A DNA stretch of 64,000 bases from assembly GCA_026770705.1 (NCBI GenBank), contig JANJGN010000121.1, positions 558,001 through 622,000 of the forward strand, in the 5' to 3' direction. How positions within the stretch are numbered: the first letter of the stretch is position 1; every line of letters begins with the position of its first letter. The notes beneath the pieces were generated by a model that ran no database searches, was not told the origin of the DNA, and saw only the letters and a list, made by a program, of their open reading frames with translations. This stretch comes from Isurus oxyrinchus. Its lineage: Eukaryota. This document shows, piece by piece, positions 38,047-51,114 of this stretch. The position numbers and the translations under genes were made by a program.

Positions 38047-41000
38047 CTGGGGAGAGAAATATCAATGTTTAATTCTGGACGGTTTGTAGTTCCATTAGAC
38101 TTGATATCCACTCCCTCCATCATTGGGGCACAGTGGCTGCAGTGTGGACCATCTACAGGACACACAAGGAACTCCCCAAGGTTTCACAATGGTTGGAAGA
38201 GAATCCTGGACACAGGAGTGGACAAGTTCATTCTACATTGGCTCATGGTCCTCAGGACCCTGTTTAGTTTTTTCGAATTATTCATTCATGGGATTTATTA
38301 CCCATCCCATGTCCATCAGAGGCATTTAAGAGTCAACCACATTGCTTTGGGTTTGGAGTGACATGTAGGCCAGACTGGGTAAGGGTGGCAGATTTCCTTC
38401 CCTATAGGTGATCAGTGAACCAGGCTTTTTAATTCCATTCATCAGCTGTGATGGGATTCACACCCAGGGCCCCAGAGCATCACCCGGGGCCTCTGGAATA
38501 CTAGCCCAGTGACAATACCTCTCTGCTACCGCTTCCCCTTAGTGAAGCCAGTCTTCCACTCAGAACTCCCCCCATTATCACCGTCATGAATCACTAATTA
38601 GCCTAACATTCCTGTCTGCTCTTCAACACAGCTGATTGGCTAATCTGATTCAATCTGATTGGTGTTCATTCCCTCTTCAATGTTTAAGGAATCACCAATC
38701 ACTCGTCCTCTAGTTATTCTCCTGCCCACAAGAGGGAACATTCTCTGTCTACCCAGTCAATCAAAACCTTTCATCTAATCCTAGAGGTGCTTGAGTATAT
38801 AGTCGGGAATCCAGGGCAATGGAGCCTCAGGAGAAGAGATGGAAACCCTGTGAGGTGGAACGTCACTGAGGCCATCCGAGTTGAAGCAACTTTTGGAGAG
38901 AATTCCAAGGCAAGATCTTCGAAGTTGAAGATTGGAATCCCTCATGAGAGAATAGAGTTTCAGTGAGATTGGTTGACTGACAGTGTTCACTGATATCCGG
39001 GTGGGTTGTTGTGAAATCCATGGGCTCTATCTTGGTCGCGTTTACAATTTAATGAGTAATGTGGCTGTGAGACCACAGTTTGCCTGTTAATTCACATGAG
39101 CTCATATTAATCCAGAATGTTAGGGTATAAGGTGGATATTGTGAATTATTTTATCTTTCTGAGCTGGTGCAGTAAAGTTTATTTTTGTTTGTTTAAAAGC
39201 CATGGAATCTTGTAGCTTTATTCTCTTTGCAAGCGTCTTAAATCTCAAACCTCGTCTACTTGAAACAAAATATTATTGGTTCCTAACTGTAAATTACGAA
39301 AAAAATTGGGTGCCTGTTCCTCCATCAGCAACTCTTTAACCCTTTTATACCTCCAAGTAATAAGATTTTGTAAATGTATTCATTCATGGGATGTGGGCGT
39401 CGCTGCCAAGGCCAGCATTTGCTGCCCATCTCTAATGTCCCGTGACATAATCTCTGTAGCAGAGTAGAGACAATCATGATCACTCAGGATATTTGACATC
39501 TATCCACATGAGCAGCTTTACCTTCCTTCTCTCTTTCAGTTATCTTACTCCCTTATTGAAGTTTCTAGCATGGTGAGAACTGGATGGTTTGCTCGGACAT
39601 TTCAGAGGAACCACGTTGCTATGAGTCTGGAGTCACATGTAGGCCAGACCAGATATAGATGGCAGATTTCCTTCCCTAAAGGCCATTAGTGAACCAGATG
39701 AGTGTGTATGACAATCGATGATAGTTTCATGGTCTCCATTACTGAGACTAACTCCCATTAGTGTAAACAGAGTGAACAGTTTTCCATTGATCCCACCTTT
39801 CCCGTTCTCTCCGGTATTTTACACACTATTGCTCGATAATTTGATTCTGCCAAGGACCCCTTGGAAAATCATGGACCCCAGTTAGACAACCGATGGAATA
39901 AGGAATCTCTTTGGATTCTCATTGTCTAAGGAATCTCTTCGGATCCTCATTGTCTAAGGAATCTCTTTGGATCCTCATTGTCTAAGGGATTATTTCTGAT
40001 CCAAACCCCATATTGTTGTATTGTTGATTCCGATGCAGCATTGTAGACTGACTTGTCCCCAAGCTCAGCACTGACCCTACTCCAGCAGACACTGTGAAAC
40101 ACACTAACAAAGCGCCTCTAGCCTGAGCTCTGCATGTGTCGGAGTTGCCGTTGTGGTGGTTTCATGACTTTCAAAGATGCTGTTGTCATTTTTTTTGTTC
40201 AAACTGAACTGGGCCCCACATGAAGTGTTGATACCAGAAACCTCTTGTTCCCTGTCCTTCTGAAACATCTGTGATTCAACAGGATTCTGAAGATTTGCTG
40301 ATAAGGGTCTTAAATTGTCTGATTGTTGATTGATACAACACAGGAGGAGCTCATGTGACTCATCGTGCATGTGCTGACTCTTTCCCAATTCCTCTCCAAA
40401 ACCTTTCGCACATTCCTGCAAATTTCCCTTCAAGTATTTATCCAGTTCCCCTTCTGAAAGTTCCTGTTGAATCTGCTTCCACCGCCCTTTCAGGCAGTGA
40501 GTCAATGGTCTCTCTCTGAGCTGCAAAGTGCTCAGATTCCGTGAAATTTAAACTATGCAGCAGATCAGAGACACTCATGATAACTCAGAATATTTGACAG
40601 TTTTACACACAGACAGCTTTGCCTTCCTTCTCTCTTTCAGTTATCTTGCTCCCTTATTGAAGTATCTAGCATGGTGAGAATGGACAGGAAGTGTGACACT
40701 GAACAGCCTGTCTATTCTAGGAGCTGCTGTGTTGTCTTCATGGGAAGTTTTGAATAAAGGCAGCAAAGGACACAAATTTCAGGTCATTGCTATCGGAGAC
40801 CTCACATTAGGATAGGCTTCATCCCCCAGTTTTTATCCCTGCTTCTCTACTCAACACATCAATCCCCATCGCTCACTGACCAACGTCCGACAGCACCTGA
40901 ATTTCAAGATTCTGCTCTCGCTGCTACAAACCTGCTATCCCTGTAAACTCCTCCAGCCCCTACAACCCTTCAAGACCACTGGTCTACTCCAATTCTGCTG

Positions 41001-41173
41001 TCAGACAGGGAGTCAGTGTACATCAGTGAGCACAGGGGTGATGGGTGAACGGGACTTGGCGTGAGTTTGTACACTGGATCACTGCTGAATCAGTTCCCTA
41101 TCAGAGCTCAATAAGAATGATCTTTAACAAAGACTATTAACCATAAATCTGTCCGAGCTGACAATGGTATTAC

Positions 41174-41213
41174 CTTGCAGAAGTGACAGGAGGAAGTAAG
41201 ATTTCCCGATCAT
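41174..41213 (-). CDS. Siglec leader exon (coding part; exon starts at 41255)
   Basis: MIGKSYFLLSLLQ plus G, donor CAAG|gtaat (phase 1), acceptor ctttctctttcag. Confidence 0.82.
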
Positions 41214-41645
41214 TGTTCACTCCCAGATATTTCCTCAGCTTCTAACTCTGAAGTTCTGAAAGAGAAAGGAGTTAATGAGACTTCACCTCTTGTACGAATG
41301 CTCTTGAGAGATCAGAACTGCTTTTAGACAATATCTTCACAGACTAATTTGATTCTCTGTGGGATGATAGGTGCTCTACAGAGAGTTACAAGGCTTTCAG
41401 AAAGAAAAACAATGAAGGTCTTGCATTTCTATAGCACCTTTCACCACCTTGGATGTCCCCAAGCTCATGTCCCTTGAGCTAGAAAGATGTTCTGTACAAC
41501 AGACTTGAGCCTCACACCCAGATCTCAATAATCAGTAGAAATCTTTCAAAGGCATCAATCATTGGAATCTGTCTTTATAAAGTCACAACATCAACAAAGG
41601 ACGGTGTTGGTGGTGGAAGTGAATTCCAATCGTTCCGTTACTTAC

Positions 41646-41790
41646 CCAGGACCTGTCCGACTGCTCGCCTGGGGAGGAACTGCCCACACGCTCTGCTTGG
41701 GCTGAATGACCTCATCCTGTGCTGATCCATCTGTGTATTAAATTAGAAAAGGCTGATGTGTCACTGTGAGCCAAAATGAGGAAGTTGGAA
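41646..41790 (-). promoter_or_regulatory. Probable non-coding first exon and promoter of the long Siglec, with PU.1/ETS-like site
   Basis: Donor TGG|gtaagt at 41646; AAAATGAGGAAGT at 41773-41785 (plus-strand reading). Confidence 0.45.
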
Positions 41791-41849
41791 CAAAGTGAGT
41801 GAACAGCACTTAGCTGTGCACTGTCAGCAAACCCTGTGTCTGTATAAGA

Positions 41850-44780
41850 ATATAAGAACAGAACAAGTAGGATCAGCTGGACACCCTGACATTTTCATTC
41901 CTTGTATTCCATCCACTCATTTTTTTATCTACTCACTGAAACTATTTATCTCCCTCTGCAGCCTCTTTGTGTCCTCCTCACAACTTGCTTTCCTGCACAG
42001 CTTATATATTTCCTACCTATCTTCACCATACAGTCAGAAAATCTGCCTACAGTACAGTCAGTCTCTTCATCCAAGTCACTAATGTAGATTGTGAATAGTT
42101 GAGGCCTCAGCACTGATCCCTGTGGCTCTCCACTAGTTACAGTTTACCAAGCTGAAAATCACCCATTTATCCTGGCTCTCTGTTTCCTGTCAGTTCGCCA
42201 GTCCTCTATCCGTATTAATATATCCCCCCCAACACCATCCAATTTCACCCTGTGCATTGTCCTTTGATGTGGCACCTTATCGAATGCCTTTTGGAAATCC
42301 AATGTCATGAAGAGATATTTGTGTGTAAAATGTGCTTTGAAATTATTATTTAAAATAGAATTCTAGTGGTGGTCCATGTATAGGTGTGTGTCTGGGTGTG
42401 TCTTAATTGGATTAAAGCCAGCTGGTCTGTGTGCTTTGATGTTTAGTAGTTTTGAGATGTTAATTGGGTGAATTGTGAGGAGAACAGTAAAGTGTTCATT
42501 TGCAATTGTTGAATAAACCATTCCAGACTGGGGGTAAAATCTTGCACCTAGTTAGAAGGAGCCAAAAGATGTGTTTTTTCTTGTTTTTACTAATGAAATT
42601 GGTGCTATGAAAGAGGGTTTTATTGTTCGACGAGCTGGAGTTCAGAAGTCCGAGTGATACAATGGAAAATTTACATTCAAAGGGAAAGCTAGTTATATAA
42701 AGGAAGGAGTTTGTGTGTGTGAGGCAGGAGCATTTCAGACCTAACCAGCCTGTAGCCTCCAACCAACTAGCAAAGGAACCTCATTCGGAATTCGTAATGT
42801 CAAATGTGCTTTGCCTGGTGTCTATATTATGTCAATGGTTCATTGTTGCCTTAGTAGAGATTTTCATGGGGGTGATTAATTGGGGGATTTGTTAAAAAGT
42901 TATTATAGTAGTTATTTGTAGCCAATGTGTATGTGTTAAATTAATAAATGGTTTATTTAGTTTTATATAAAAAACCCACAATCCTCGGTGGTCTTATTCC
43001 TACTGAATTCAAAGTCTTCATCTCGAAATTACAAACAGCAAAATTGGGTTATGACAGTTGTTTCAATTTTCCCTCTGGGATTTGAACAACTCAGCCTTTA
43101 CCCTTGGCTGTGTCATAGTCCCTAATACACCATGTCTACAGGTTCCACTTTATCCAATCCACTTGTTCCATCCTCGAGGAAATCTAATAATTTTTTCAAA
43201 CATGATATCCCTTTCACAAACCCATGTTGACTCTGTCTGATTGAATTATGGTTTTCTAAATGTCCTGCTGCTCCCTCCTTCATAATGAATTCTGGTATTT
43301 TCCCAATGACAGATATTAGACTACCTGACCTGTAGTTTCTTGCTTTCTACCTCCCCCCTTTATTGAACAGATGTGTTTTATTTATGTTTTTCCAATCCGC
43401 TGGGACCTTCCCATAATCTAAGGAATTCTGGAAGATTACAACCAATGCATCCACTGTCTCTGCAGCCATTTCCTTTCAGACCCTCACATTCAGGCCGTCT
43501 GCTCCATGGGACTTGTCAGCATTTGTCTCATTAGTTTTCTTAATACTTTTTCTCTGGTGATAGTGATTGTTTTATGTTCCTCCCTCCTTGTTGCACCGTG
43601 ACTTTCTCCTGCTATTGGGATGGTTTTAGAGATTTTTACTGTGAAGACAGACCCAAAATTCTTGTTGAAAGTCTCTGTCATTTCCTGTTTCCCATTATTA
43701 ATTCCCCAGTCTGATTTTCTATGTGTCCCATTATTACTGTAGCTTCTCTCTTATTTTAATGTACAACATCTCACTGTCATTGTTTATGGTTCTTGCTAGT
43801 TTACTCTCATATCATCATTTCTGCCTCCTTATATTTCTCCCCTCACTTTTCTGGTTTCTCAAATATTCCCAATCTCCAGCCTATCACTAAGCATCCCAAC
43901 ATTGCCGGCTTTATCTCACAATTGGATACCGTCCTTAGCTTCCTGAGTTAGCCGCCGATGCTCCATCCTTCTTATAGATTCTTTCTTTCTTACTGGAAAA
44001 TATCTTCATTGGCATTTATGAAACATCTCTTTAGACACCTGTTACTCCTCATCTACACCCCCCCCCCCTTAAACCTGCTGTCCCACTCTACTTGGGCCGA
44101 CTCTACTTTTAACCCTTGTAATTGCCTTTAGTTAAGTTTATGACACTAGCTTCAGACCCAAGTTTCCAAATTGAATATTAAATTTCAACACCGTATGATT
44201 ACTCTTCCCTTGAGGATCCTTTACAATGAGATGTTAATTAGTCTTGTCTCATTAAACATTGCCAGGACTAAAACAGCCTCTACCCTGGTTGGTTCCATGT
44301 TGCATTGTTCTAAAATACTGTCCTGAATACAATCTGTATAACCTCGCTGAAAGCTACATTTGCTAATCTGATTTGTCTAATCCATATGACGATTGAAAAC
44401 TCCCATGATTAATGTGGTGCCTTTCTCACAGACCTCCTCATGTATTGATTTATAATCTACCCCTGCAGTGTAACTACTGTCAGGGGGGAGTATAAACCAA
44501 CCCACCAGTGATTTCTTTCCCTTGCAATTCCTTATATTCACCCAAACTGACTGTGCATCTTGACATCTGAGCCAAAATCATTTCTCACTACTTTACAGGT
44601 CTCATCTTTTATTAACAGAGCTACCCCACCTCCTTTTCATTTTTCCTATCCTTTCAAAGATTCCAAATATCCTTCAATTTTCAATTTCCAACCTTGGTCA
44701 CCTTGCAACCAACTCTCTGCAGTGTCCATCTTATCGTACCCATTAATCTCTATTTGTGCTATAACTTCATTCATTTGTTC
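41850..44780 (-). mobile_element. Degenerate CR1 LINE with nested LTR-like insert (42303-43119)
   Basis: Minus strand reads VTSGEPQGSVLRPQLFTIYISDLDE near 42060-42140; LINE sequence resumes after 43120. Confidence 0.75.
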
Positions 44781-45930
44781 CAACTTTATATTTTATATAT
44801 TCATTCTTCCATGGGAAGTGGGCATCACTGGCTAGGCCAGCATTTATGGCCCATCCTTAATTACCTTGAGAAGGTGGTGGTGAGCTGCCTTCCGGACCCT
44901 CTGCACTCCATGTGGTGTAGGTACACCCACAATGCAGTTAGAGAAGGAAGTCCAAGATTTTGACCCTAGTGACAGTGAAGGAATGGCGATATATTTCAAA
45001 ATCAGGATGATGTGTGTCTTGGAGGCGAACTTCCAGGTGGTGGTGTCTGGGCATTTCAATCCCTTGTGACAATAAATGTAATATTATAGAAAATGCAAAG
45101 GCTTCTTGTAATCTATCACAGAATAAACAAGTTGCAGAATTCAGAAAGCACTTTCTGAAATGTCAACAAAGTTCAGTGACATCACATTTCTGCTAATTAC
45201 TATTCGGCCATGTTGGCTGCATGCAGTCAGGCAGTCCCTCGGTTGTGATGTGTCCACACAGCAGTACTGGGATGCATCAGCATCAAAGGACATGCTTAGT
45301 TGTTGCCGTGCAATGCATTTATTGCGAGGCTGTTGCACACACGCCCTGTCGATGGACCCTCTGAATTACCATTCTGAATCGAGGCAGATCAACTTTCCTG
45401 CAACAACTTGCATTTATATGGCACACTTAATGTAACAAACTGTCCCCAATCTCTTCAGGGGATTGTTACCTACATATAAATCCATCTCTGAGACACATAA
45501 TGAGGTATTAGGGACAGGTGACAAAAAGCTGATTTCACAAAGCCAGTTAATNNNNNNNNNNNNNNNNNNNNNNNNNNNNNNNNNNNNNNNNNNNNNNNNN
45601 NNNNNNNNNNNNNNNNNNNNNNNNNNNNNNNNNNNNNNNNNNNNNNNNNNNNNNNNNNNNNNNNNNNNNNNNNNNNNNNNNNNNNNNNNNNNNNNNNNNN
45701 NNNNNNNNNNNNNNNNNNNNNNNNNNNNNNNACTGAATCTCTGTCCCCAATGACTCAGCATCAAGTCGTCACTGGGGAAACATTTCATTCCAAACCACAC
45801 CAACCACAGACCCATTCAGTCCCTTCCTCCCTCTCTCCCCCTCTACCCCAGTGGGTTGTCTCATGTTCCCAAGAATCTTCATCCCTGCCACCATCCACAA
45901 ACCTCCTGACCACCTCTGCCTTTTTCACGC

Positions 45931-46179
45931 TCAGTTTCGCTTGAATCTGATCTGTGCGTATTCCGTCTGCTCTTCCCTGTGGACAGACCCATCACCACTG
46001 GGCACCCTGAAGACTTGGGGATTGGCGTAGAGAAGCTCGTTGGGATTGTCAGAGTTCCCATGTCCAGCATCGCCTCCCACTGCACATTCAGAGACACCCC
46101 GGGGAGCTGGGGTCTCCCCCTCGCTAGTTGTATCTCTGGTTGTGTTCCGGGGCTCAGAAATCAGCACGTTCTGTTTACC
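45931..46179 (-). pseudogene. Orphan Siglec terminal tail exon copy (LLYANP...TEYAQI)
   Basis: 249 nt open frame; 45060-45240 resembles the 3' UTR at 19505-19670. Confidence 0.75.
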
Positions 46180-46635
46180 CTACAGAGAAATGGAAACAGA
46201 AGGCATCCTCACATCATTTACTGGCACTGATAGGGTTAAAATATTCTGCAGCCTCGTTAGTGTCAGTCGTGGGTCAGTGGGTTTAACCCTCTCTCACATG
46301 TCTTATGAAAGAAAACACCTATGGCAGTGCAGTGCTCCCTCAGTACTGACCCTTCGATAGTGCAGCACTTCCTCAATGCTGACCATCCGACAGTACAGGT
46401 CTTCCTCAGTACTGACCCTCTGACAGTGCAGCACTCCCTCAGTACTGACCCTCTGACAGTGCAGCACTCCCTCAGTACTGACCCTCTGTCAGTCTTGCAC
46501 TCCCTCGGTAATGGCTCTGGCGAGTGTCGGCTTGGATTCTGCACTCAGGTGCCTGGTGTGAGGCTCAATAACATGAATCTTGTAATCAGAGAGAGGATGA
46601 GAGAGAGAGAGAGAGATGAAGGGTCAGAGACTGAG

Positions 46636-47393
46636 CGTTATGAATCTATTAATGTATGTATTGTAATTGGAAATTGTCTTTTTAAACAGAGGTTTAGTCT
46701 GTGGGTGTGTGTGTGTGTGTTTTAATTGGATTAAAGACAGCCGGTCTGGGTACTTTTATGTATAGTAGTTTTGAGATGTAAACAAAGAGGTAAAGAGGCA
46801 TATTGCATTTTTAAAAGGAGGATTCAAAGCCTGGGAGTGAATTCTTAAACCAATCAATGTTTATATTACTAATAAAATTGATACTATGAAACGGGATTTA
46901 TAGTTAGAAGAGATGGAGATCAAAGGTCCTGATGATACAATGAGAATTTACATTCAAAGAGAAGCACTGGGTATAACTTGAGCAGTTTTGTGTGTGCAGA
47001 GCAGAGGCTTGTAACATCAAAGCAGCTGTAAGCCTACACCTGTCTGCAAAGGAACCAAAGTGAAAGGAACCTCATTTGGAATTTCTGAGGTGAAAATGCT
47101 TCGCTTGGAATCTGCTTAAAGTCTATGGGTTGTCTTAGAGGACGTTAGTTTGGGAATTTGTTAAATAGTTATGATAATACTAGTTTGTAGCCATGTGCAT
47201 ATGATTAACTTGTGAAAATTAATAAATGTCTCATGTAGTTTGATATAAACCCATCTCAAGAACTGATGGTCTTATTCCTGAATTTAGAGCTGCATCTCAA
47301 ACATTCCACTGGGAAATATAGGTTATGACAGTTGTTTAAAGTTTCCCTCTGGGATTTTAAACAACAGCCTTTACCAGTTGCTGTGTCATAACA
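46636..47393 (+). mobile_element. Solo-LTR-like insertion in the orphan Siglec last intron
   Basis: Absent from the paralogous intron at about 21030; ends in ...TCATAACA; similar to 42303-43119. Confidence 0.6.
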
Positions 47394-47528
47394 GAGAGAC
47401 AGCATGATACTGAACCATTGCTGACTCCACAGGTACAAATCAGTGGGTAACTGGGCTGGGAATCTGGGACATGTGTTGTCTACACACTGAGATTGAAGCT
47501 TTGGAGTGAGTGTAAACAGCTCCTGTAC

Positions 47529-47610
47529 CTGGTGCTTCACAGAGAGTGGACTGGGAGTCAATACAATGTCACTGGTCCCTGAAACTCTCTCCTCCATCGC
47601 TGTCTTTCTC
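47529..47610 (-). pseudogene. Orphan Siglec cytoplasmic exon 1 copy
   Basis: RKTAMEERVSGTSDIVLTPSPLSVKHQ; no upstream TM exon found. Confidence 0.75.
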
Positions 47611-47744
47611 CTGTAATAACAAAATATCACACTGTGGTTATCATATAGCAGAGAGTCAGTGTAGCACAGACACAGAGCCCACTGTAATCTTAGACCAACG
47701 ACTGGGACTGTCTCTTTAAATCAGTTCTATACAAAGCACAGAAT

Positions 47745-48210
47745 CAAGAAGCTTGACACCATCCAGGACAAAGCAGCCCGATTGATCTACACCCCATCCC
47801 CCACATTAAACATTCACTCCCTCCACAACGAACACACAGTGGCAGCAGTGTGTGTACCATCTACAAGATGCACTGCAGCAACTCAGCAAGGCTCCTTCAA
47901 CAGCACCTTCCAAACCCACGACCTCTACCATCTAGAAGGACAAGGGCAGCAGACACATGGGAACACCACCACCTGGAAGTTCCCCTCCAAGTCACTCACC
48001 ATCCTGACTTGGAAATATATCACCGTTCCTTCACTGTCGCTGGGTTAACATCCTGGAGCTCCCTCTCTAACAGCACTGTGGGTGTACCTACACCACATGG
48101 ACTGCAGCGGGTCAAGAAGGCTGATCACCACCACCTTCTCAAGGGCAATTAGGGATGGGCATTAATGCTGGCATCACCAGTGACAGCCACATTCGATGTA
48201 AGAATTAAAA
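47745..48210 (+). mobile_element. 3' end of a LINE of the same family as 265-2215
   Basis: KKLDTIQDKAARLI followed by 3' UTR and a short A-rich tail. Confidence 0.75.
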
Positions 48211-48533
48211 ATCTCACAGCTCAATGTATTTATTGGGATCCTCCTGCACACACGCCCTGTCGAAGGAGCCTTTGTGGTTCCATTGTTAATCGAAGCAGAT
48301 CAGACTTACTGCAACTACTTGCATTTATATAGGACCTTTAATGTAGCAAAATGTCCCAAGGCTCATCCGGGAATTGTTAGTCACATCTTCACCTGACTCT
48401 GAGGCACATGAGGAGATATAAGGGACAGGAGACCAACAGCTGAGTCAACAAAGTCAGTTATTAACGGGCATCTTAAAGGAGGAGCTGGAGATAGAGAATG
48501 AGTGACAGACACAGAAAGAAAGACAAAGAGAGG

Positions 48534-48569
<36 letters not shown>

Positions 48570-48767
48570 GTGAATCTCTATCCCCAGTGGCTCAGCATCC
48601 AGTCCTCTCTGGAGAAGCATTTCATTCCAAACCACAGCAACCGCAGCCCAATCGCATCCCTTCCTCCCTCTCTCCCCCTCTCCCCCAGTGGGTTGTTTCC
48701 TGTTCCCAGGAATCTCAATCACTACCCCCACCCTCACACCTCCTCACTCCCACTCCCCATTTCTCAT

Positions 48768-49016
48768 TCAGTTATGCTCGAACCTGATCTGTGCGTATTC
48801 CGTCTCCTCTTCCCTGTGGACAGACCCATCATCACTGGACATCCTCAATACTTGGGGATTGGCGTAGAGAAGGCCGTTGGGATTGTCGATGTGCCAATGT
48901 CCAGCATCGCCTCCCAATGCACCTTCAGAGAGACCCCGGGGAGCTGGGGTCTCCCCCTCACTAGTTGTGTCTCTGGTTGTGTTCCGGGGCTCAGTAATCA
49001 GCACGTTCTGTTTACC
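48768..49016 (-). CDS. Orphan Siglec terminal tail exon (LLYANP...TEYAQI); phase-compatible with HAMP duplicate exon 2
   Basis: 249 nt open frame, intact acceptor, paralog of 19698-19946. Confidence 0.7.
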   Translation of the reverse strand, partial: GKQNVLITEPRNTTRDTTSEGETPAPRGLSEGALGGDAGHWHIDNPNGLLYANPQVLRMSSDDGSVHREEETEYAQIRFEHN

Positions 49017-51114
49017 CTACAGAGAAATGGAAACAGAAGACATCCTCACATTATTTACTGGCACTGATAGGGTTAAATATTGAGCAGCCTCATTAGTGTC
49101 AGTCTTGTCTCAGTGGGTTTAACCCTCTCTCTCATGTCATCTGAAAGAAACCACCTATGGCAGTGCAGTGCTCCCTCAGTACTGACCCCCCCGACTGTGC
49201 AGCACATCCTCAATAGTGACCCTCTGTCAGTCTCACACTCCCTCTGTACAGTGCAGCACTTCCTTAGCACTGACCCTCCAACAGTGCAGCACTCCCTTAG
49301 CACTGACCCTCTGACAGTGCAGCACTCACTCAGTACTGACCCTCCATCAGTGCAGCACTCCCTTAGCCCTGACCCTCTGACAGTGCAGCACTCCCTCAGT
49401 ACTGACCGTCTGACAATGCAGCACCCCCTCAGTACTGACCCTCCGACTGTGCAGTCCCCCGCCGGTACTGACCCTCTGACAGTGCAGCACTCCAAGACTG
49501 ACCGTCTGACAATGCAGCACCCCCTCAGTACTGACCCTCCGACTGTCCTGCCCCCCCGCCGGTACTGACCCTCCGACAGCTCGGTAATTTCTCAATTATG
49601 CCTGGTGGTCCTTTTAACTCAGAGCTGAGAGTTGCAGAGAATCGAGCACACATCCTGAACTGACACTTGCAGTGCAAGTACTGGGAGCGCGCTGGTCATT
49701 ATCATGCTGCTGTCTGTGGGATCTTACTGTGCGCCAATGGCTGATTCTTTTCCCACATTACATCAGTGACCTCACATGAAAGAAAAAAAGCACTTGATTG
49801 TCTGCGAAACACTTTGGGACGTCCTGATGTGTTGGAAGGCGCTAGAGAAATGCAAGTCCTCTTTGTCTTTCACTTGATCCTCTAAGGTGTCTGTTGATTA
49901 ACCAGCCTCTCGGTGTATGATGTAGGCCTGGTTATAAACAGTTAGAAGGATCAAATATCAAAAGTGCTTTGGCTGACAGTCAAACCGATTGTGCATTCGG
50001 AGAGATTAGATACGGTCTGCACACAATGACTCCAGTCTCTGGCACTGACTGCCGCCTGGGGTCTCCCTTCCACATAACACTCACAACTTGCATTTACACA
50101 GCGCCTCTGATATTGCAAAATGTCCCAGCCCACATTACCGGAGCGTAAATCAGAGAGAAGTCTAACACTGAGTCACATATGGAGATATTAGGGTTAGGTG
50201 ACCAAAAGCTTGGTCAAAGATGTCAGTTTTTAAGGAGCGTCTTAAAGGAGAGAGAGAGAGAGAGGCAGAGAGGTTAAGGGAGGGTATTCCGGAGCTCAGG
50301 GCCCCAGGCAGCTGAAGGCATGGCCACCAATGGTGGAGCGTTGGGAATCAGGGGGACCCGGGAGATGCAGTAATGTCAGAGATTTTGGAGGAACATCGGG
50401 ACCGGAGGAGGTGTTCTCCTGCTCCATATCTCTCTCTCTCTTCCTCTCATCCACTCCTCCTCTCCCTGTCTCTCTCTCTCCTACTCTTCCTCTCAATTGC
50501 CCTCTCTCCCAATCTTTCTCTCCTCTCTCCCTTTTCCTGTCTCTCTCCCTCTCTCTCCCCTGTCTCCTTCTCCCACTCTGTATCTCTCCCTCTCTCTCAC
50601 ACTATTTTTGTACCTTTCGCTCACTCTGTAACTCTCCCTTTCCTGTTAATTTCTCTCTCTTGGACAATCTCTCTTCTCTTTTCACTTTCCCTCACTCTGC
50701 ATCTCTTTAATTTCTCCCTCTGTCACTCTCTCCCACCTATGTTCTTTCCCTTTCACCCCTCCCCGTCCCACTCTCTGTCTCTCTCTTCCAATCCCTCCCT
50801 CCCCCATTCCATCCCTCTCTCCGACTCTCGACTCCCAGCCTCTCTTTAACCCACTCCCAGGCTGGATCAGTCTCCCTCTCACTATTCCCGGCGTGGGTTA
50901 CATTTAAAATTCCTGTGGGGATATGTTCACTTCCTTGGAATTGTCTCTTCCCAGCTTTGCAAAAAAAGTGGGGGCGGGGGGGGTTCGATTTCAAACATGC
51001 CTCCTGAGTATAACCGAGACAGACTGCCACTGAAATCAGCTTGAAATCAGAAAACTTTCTGTGGTAGAAACGAGCAGGGAGAAACCTTAAAATAAGGAAT
51101 GAATTTCCACCTAC

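Larger units (their letters stand above)
19698..41213 (-). pseudogene. Long inhibitory Siglec/CD22/MAG-family receptor gene (15 Ig domains, TM, ITIM), intact except for an in-frame TGA at codon 26 (38009-38011)
   Basis: 19 coding exons with compatible phases sum to 4797 nt (1598 aa plus stop): leader, V-set, C2, 13 x 282 nt, TM, two cytoplasmic exons. Confidence 0.85.

Noticed and set aside
19698-41213. Assigning the symbol CD22, MAG or SIGLEC1
   Set aside because: The domain count and tail fit none of them exactly; orthology needs a phylogeny.
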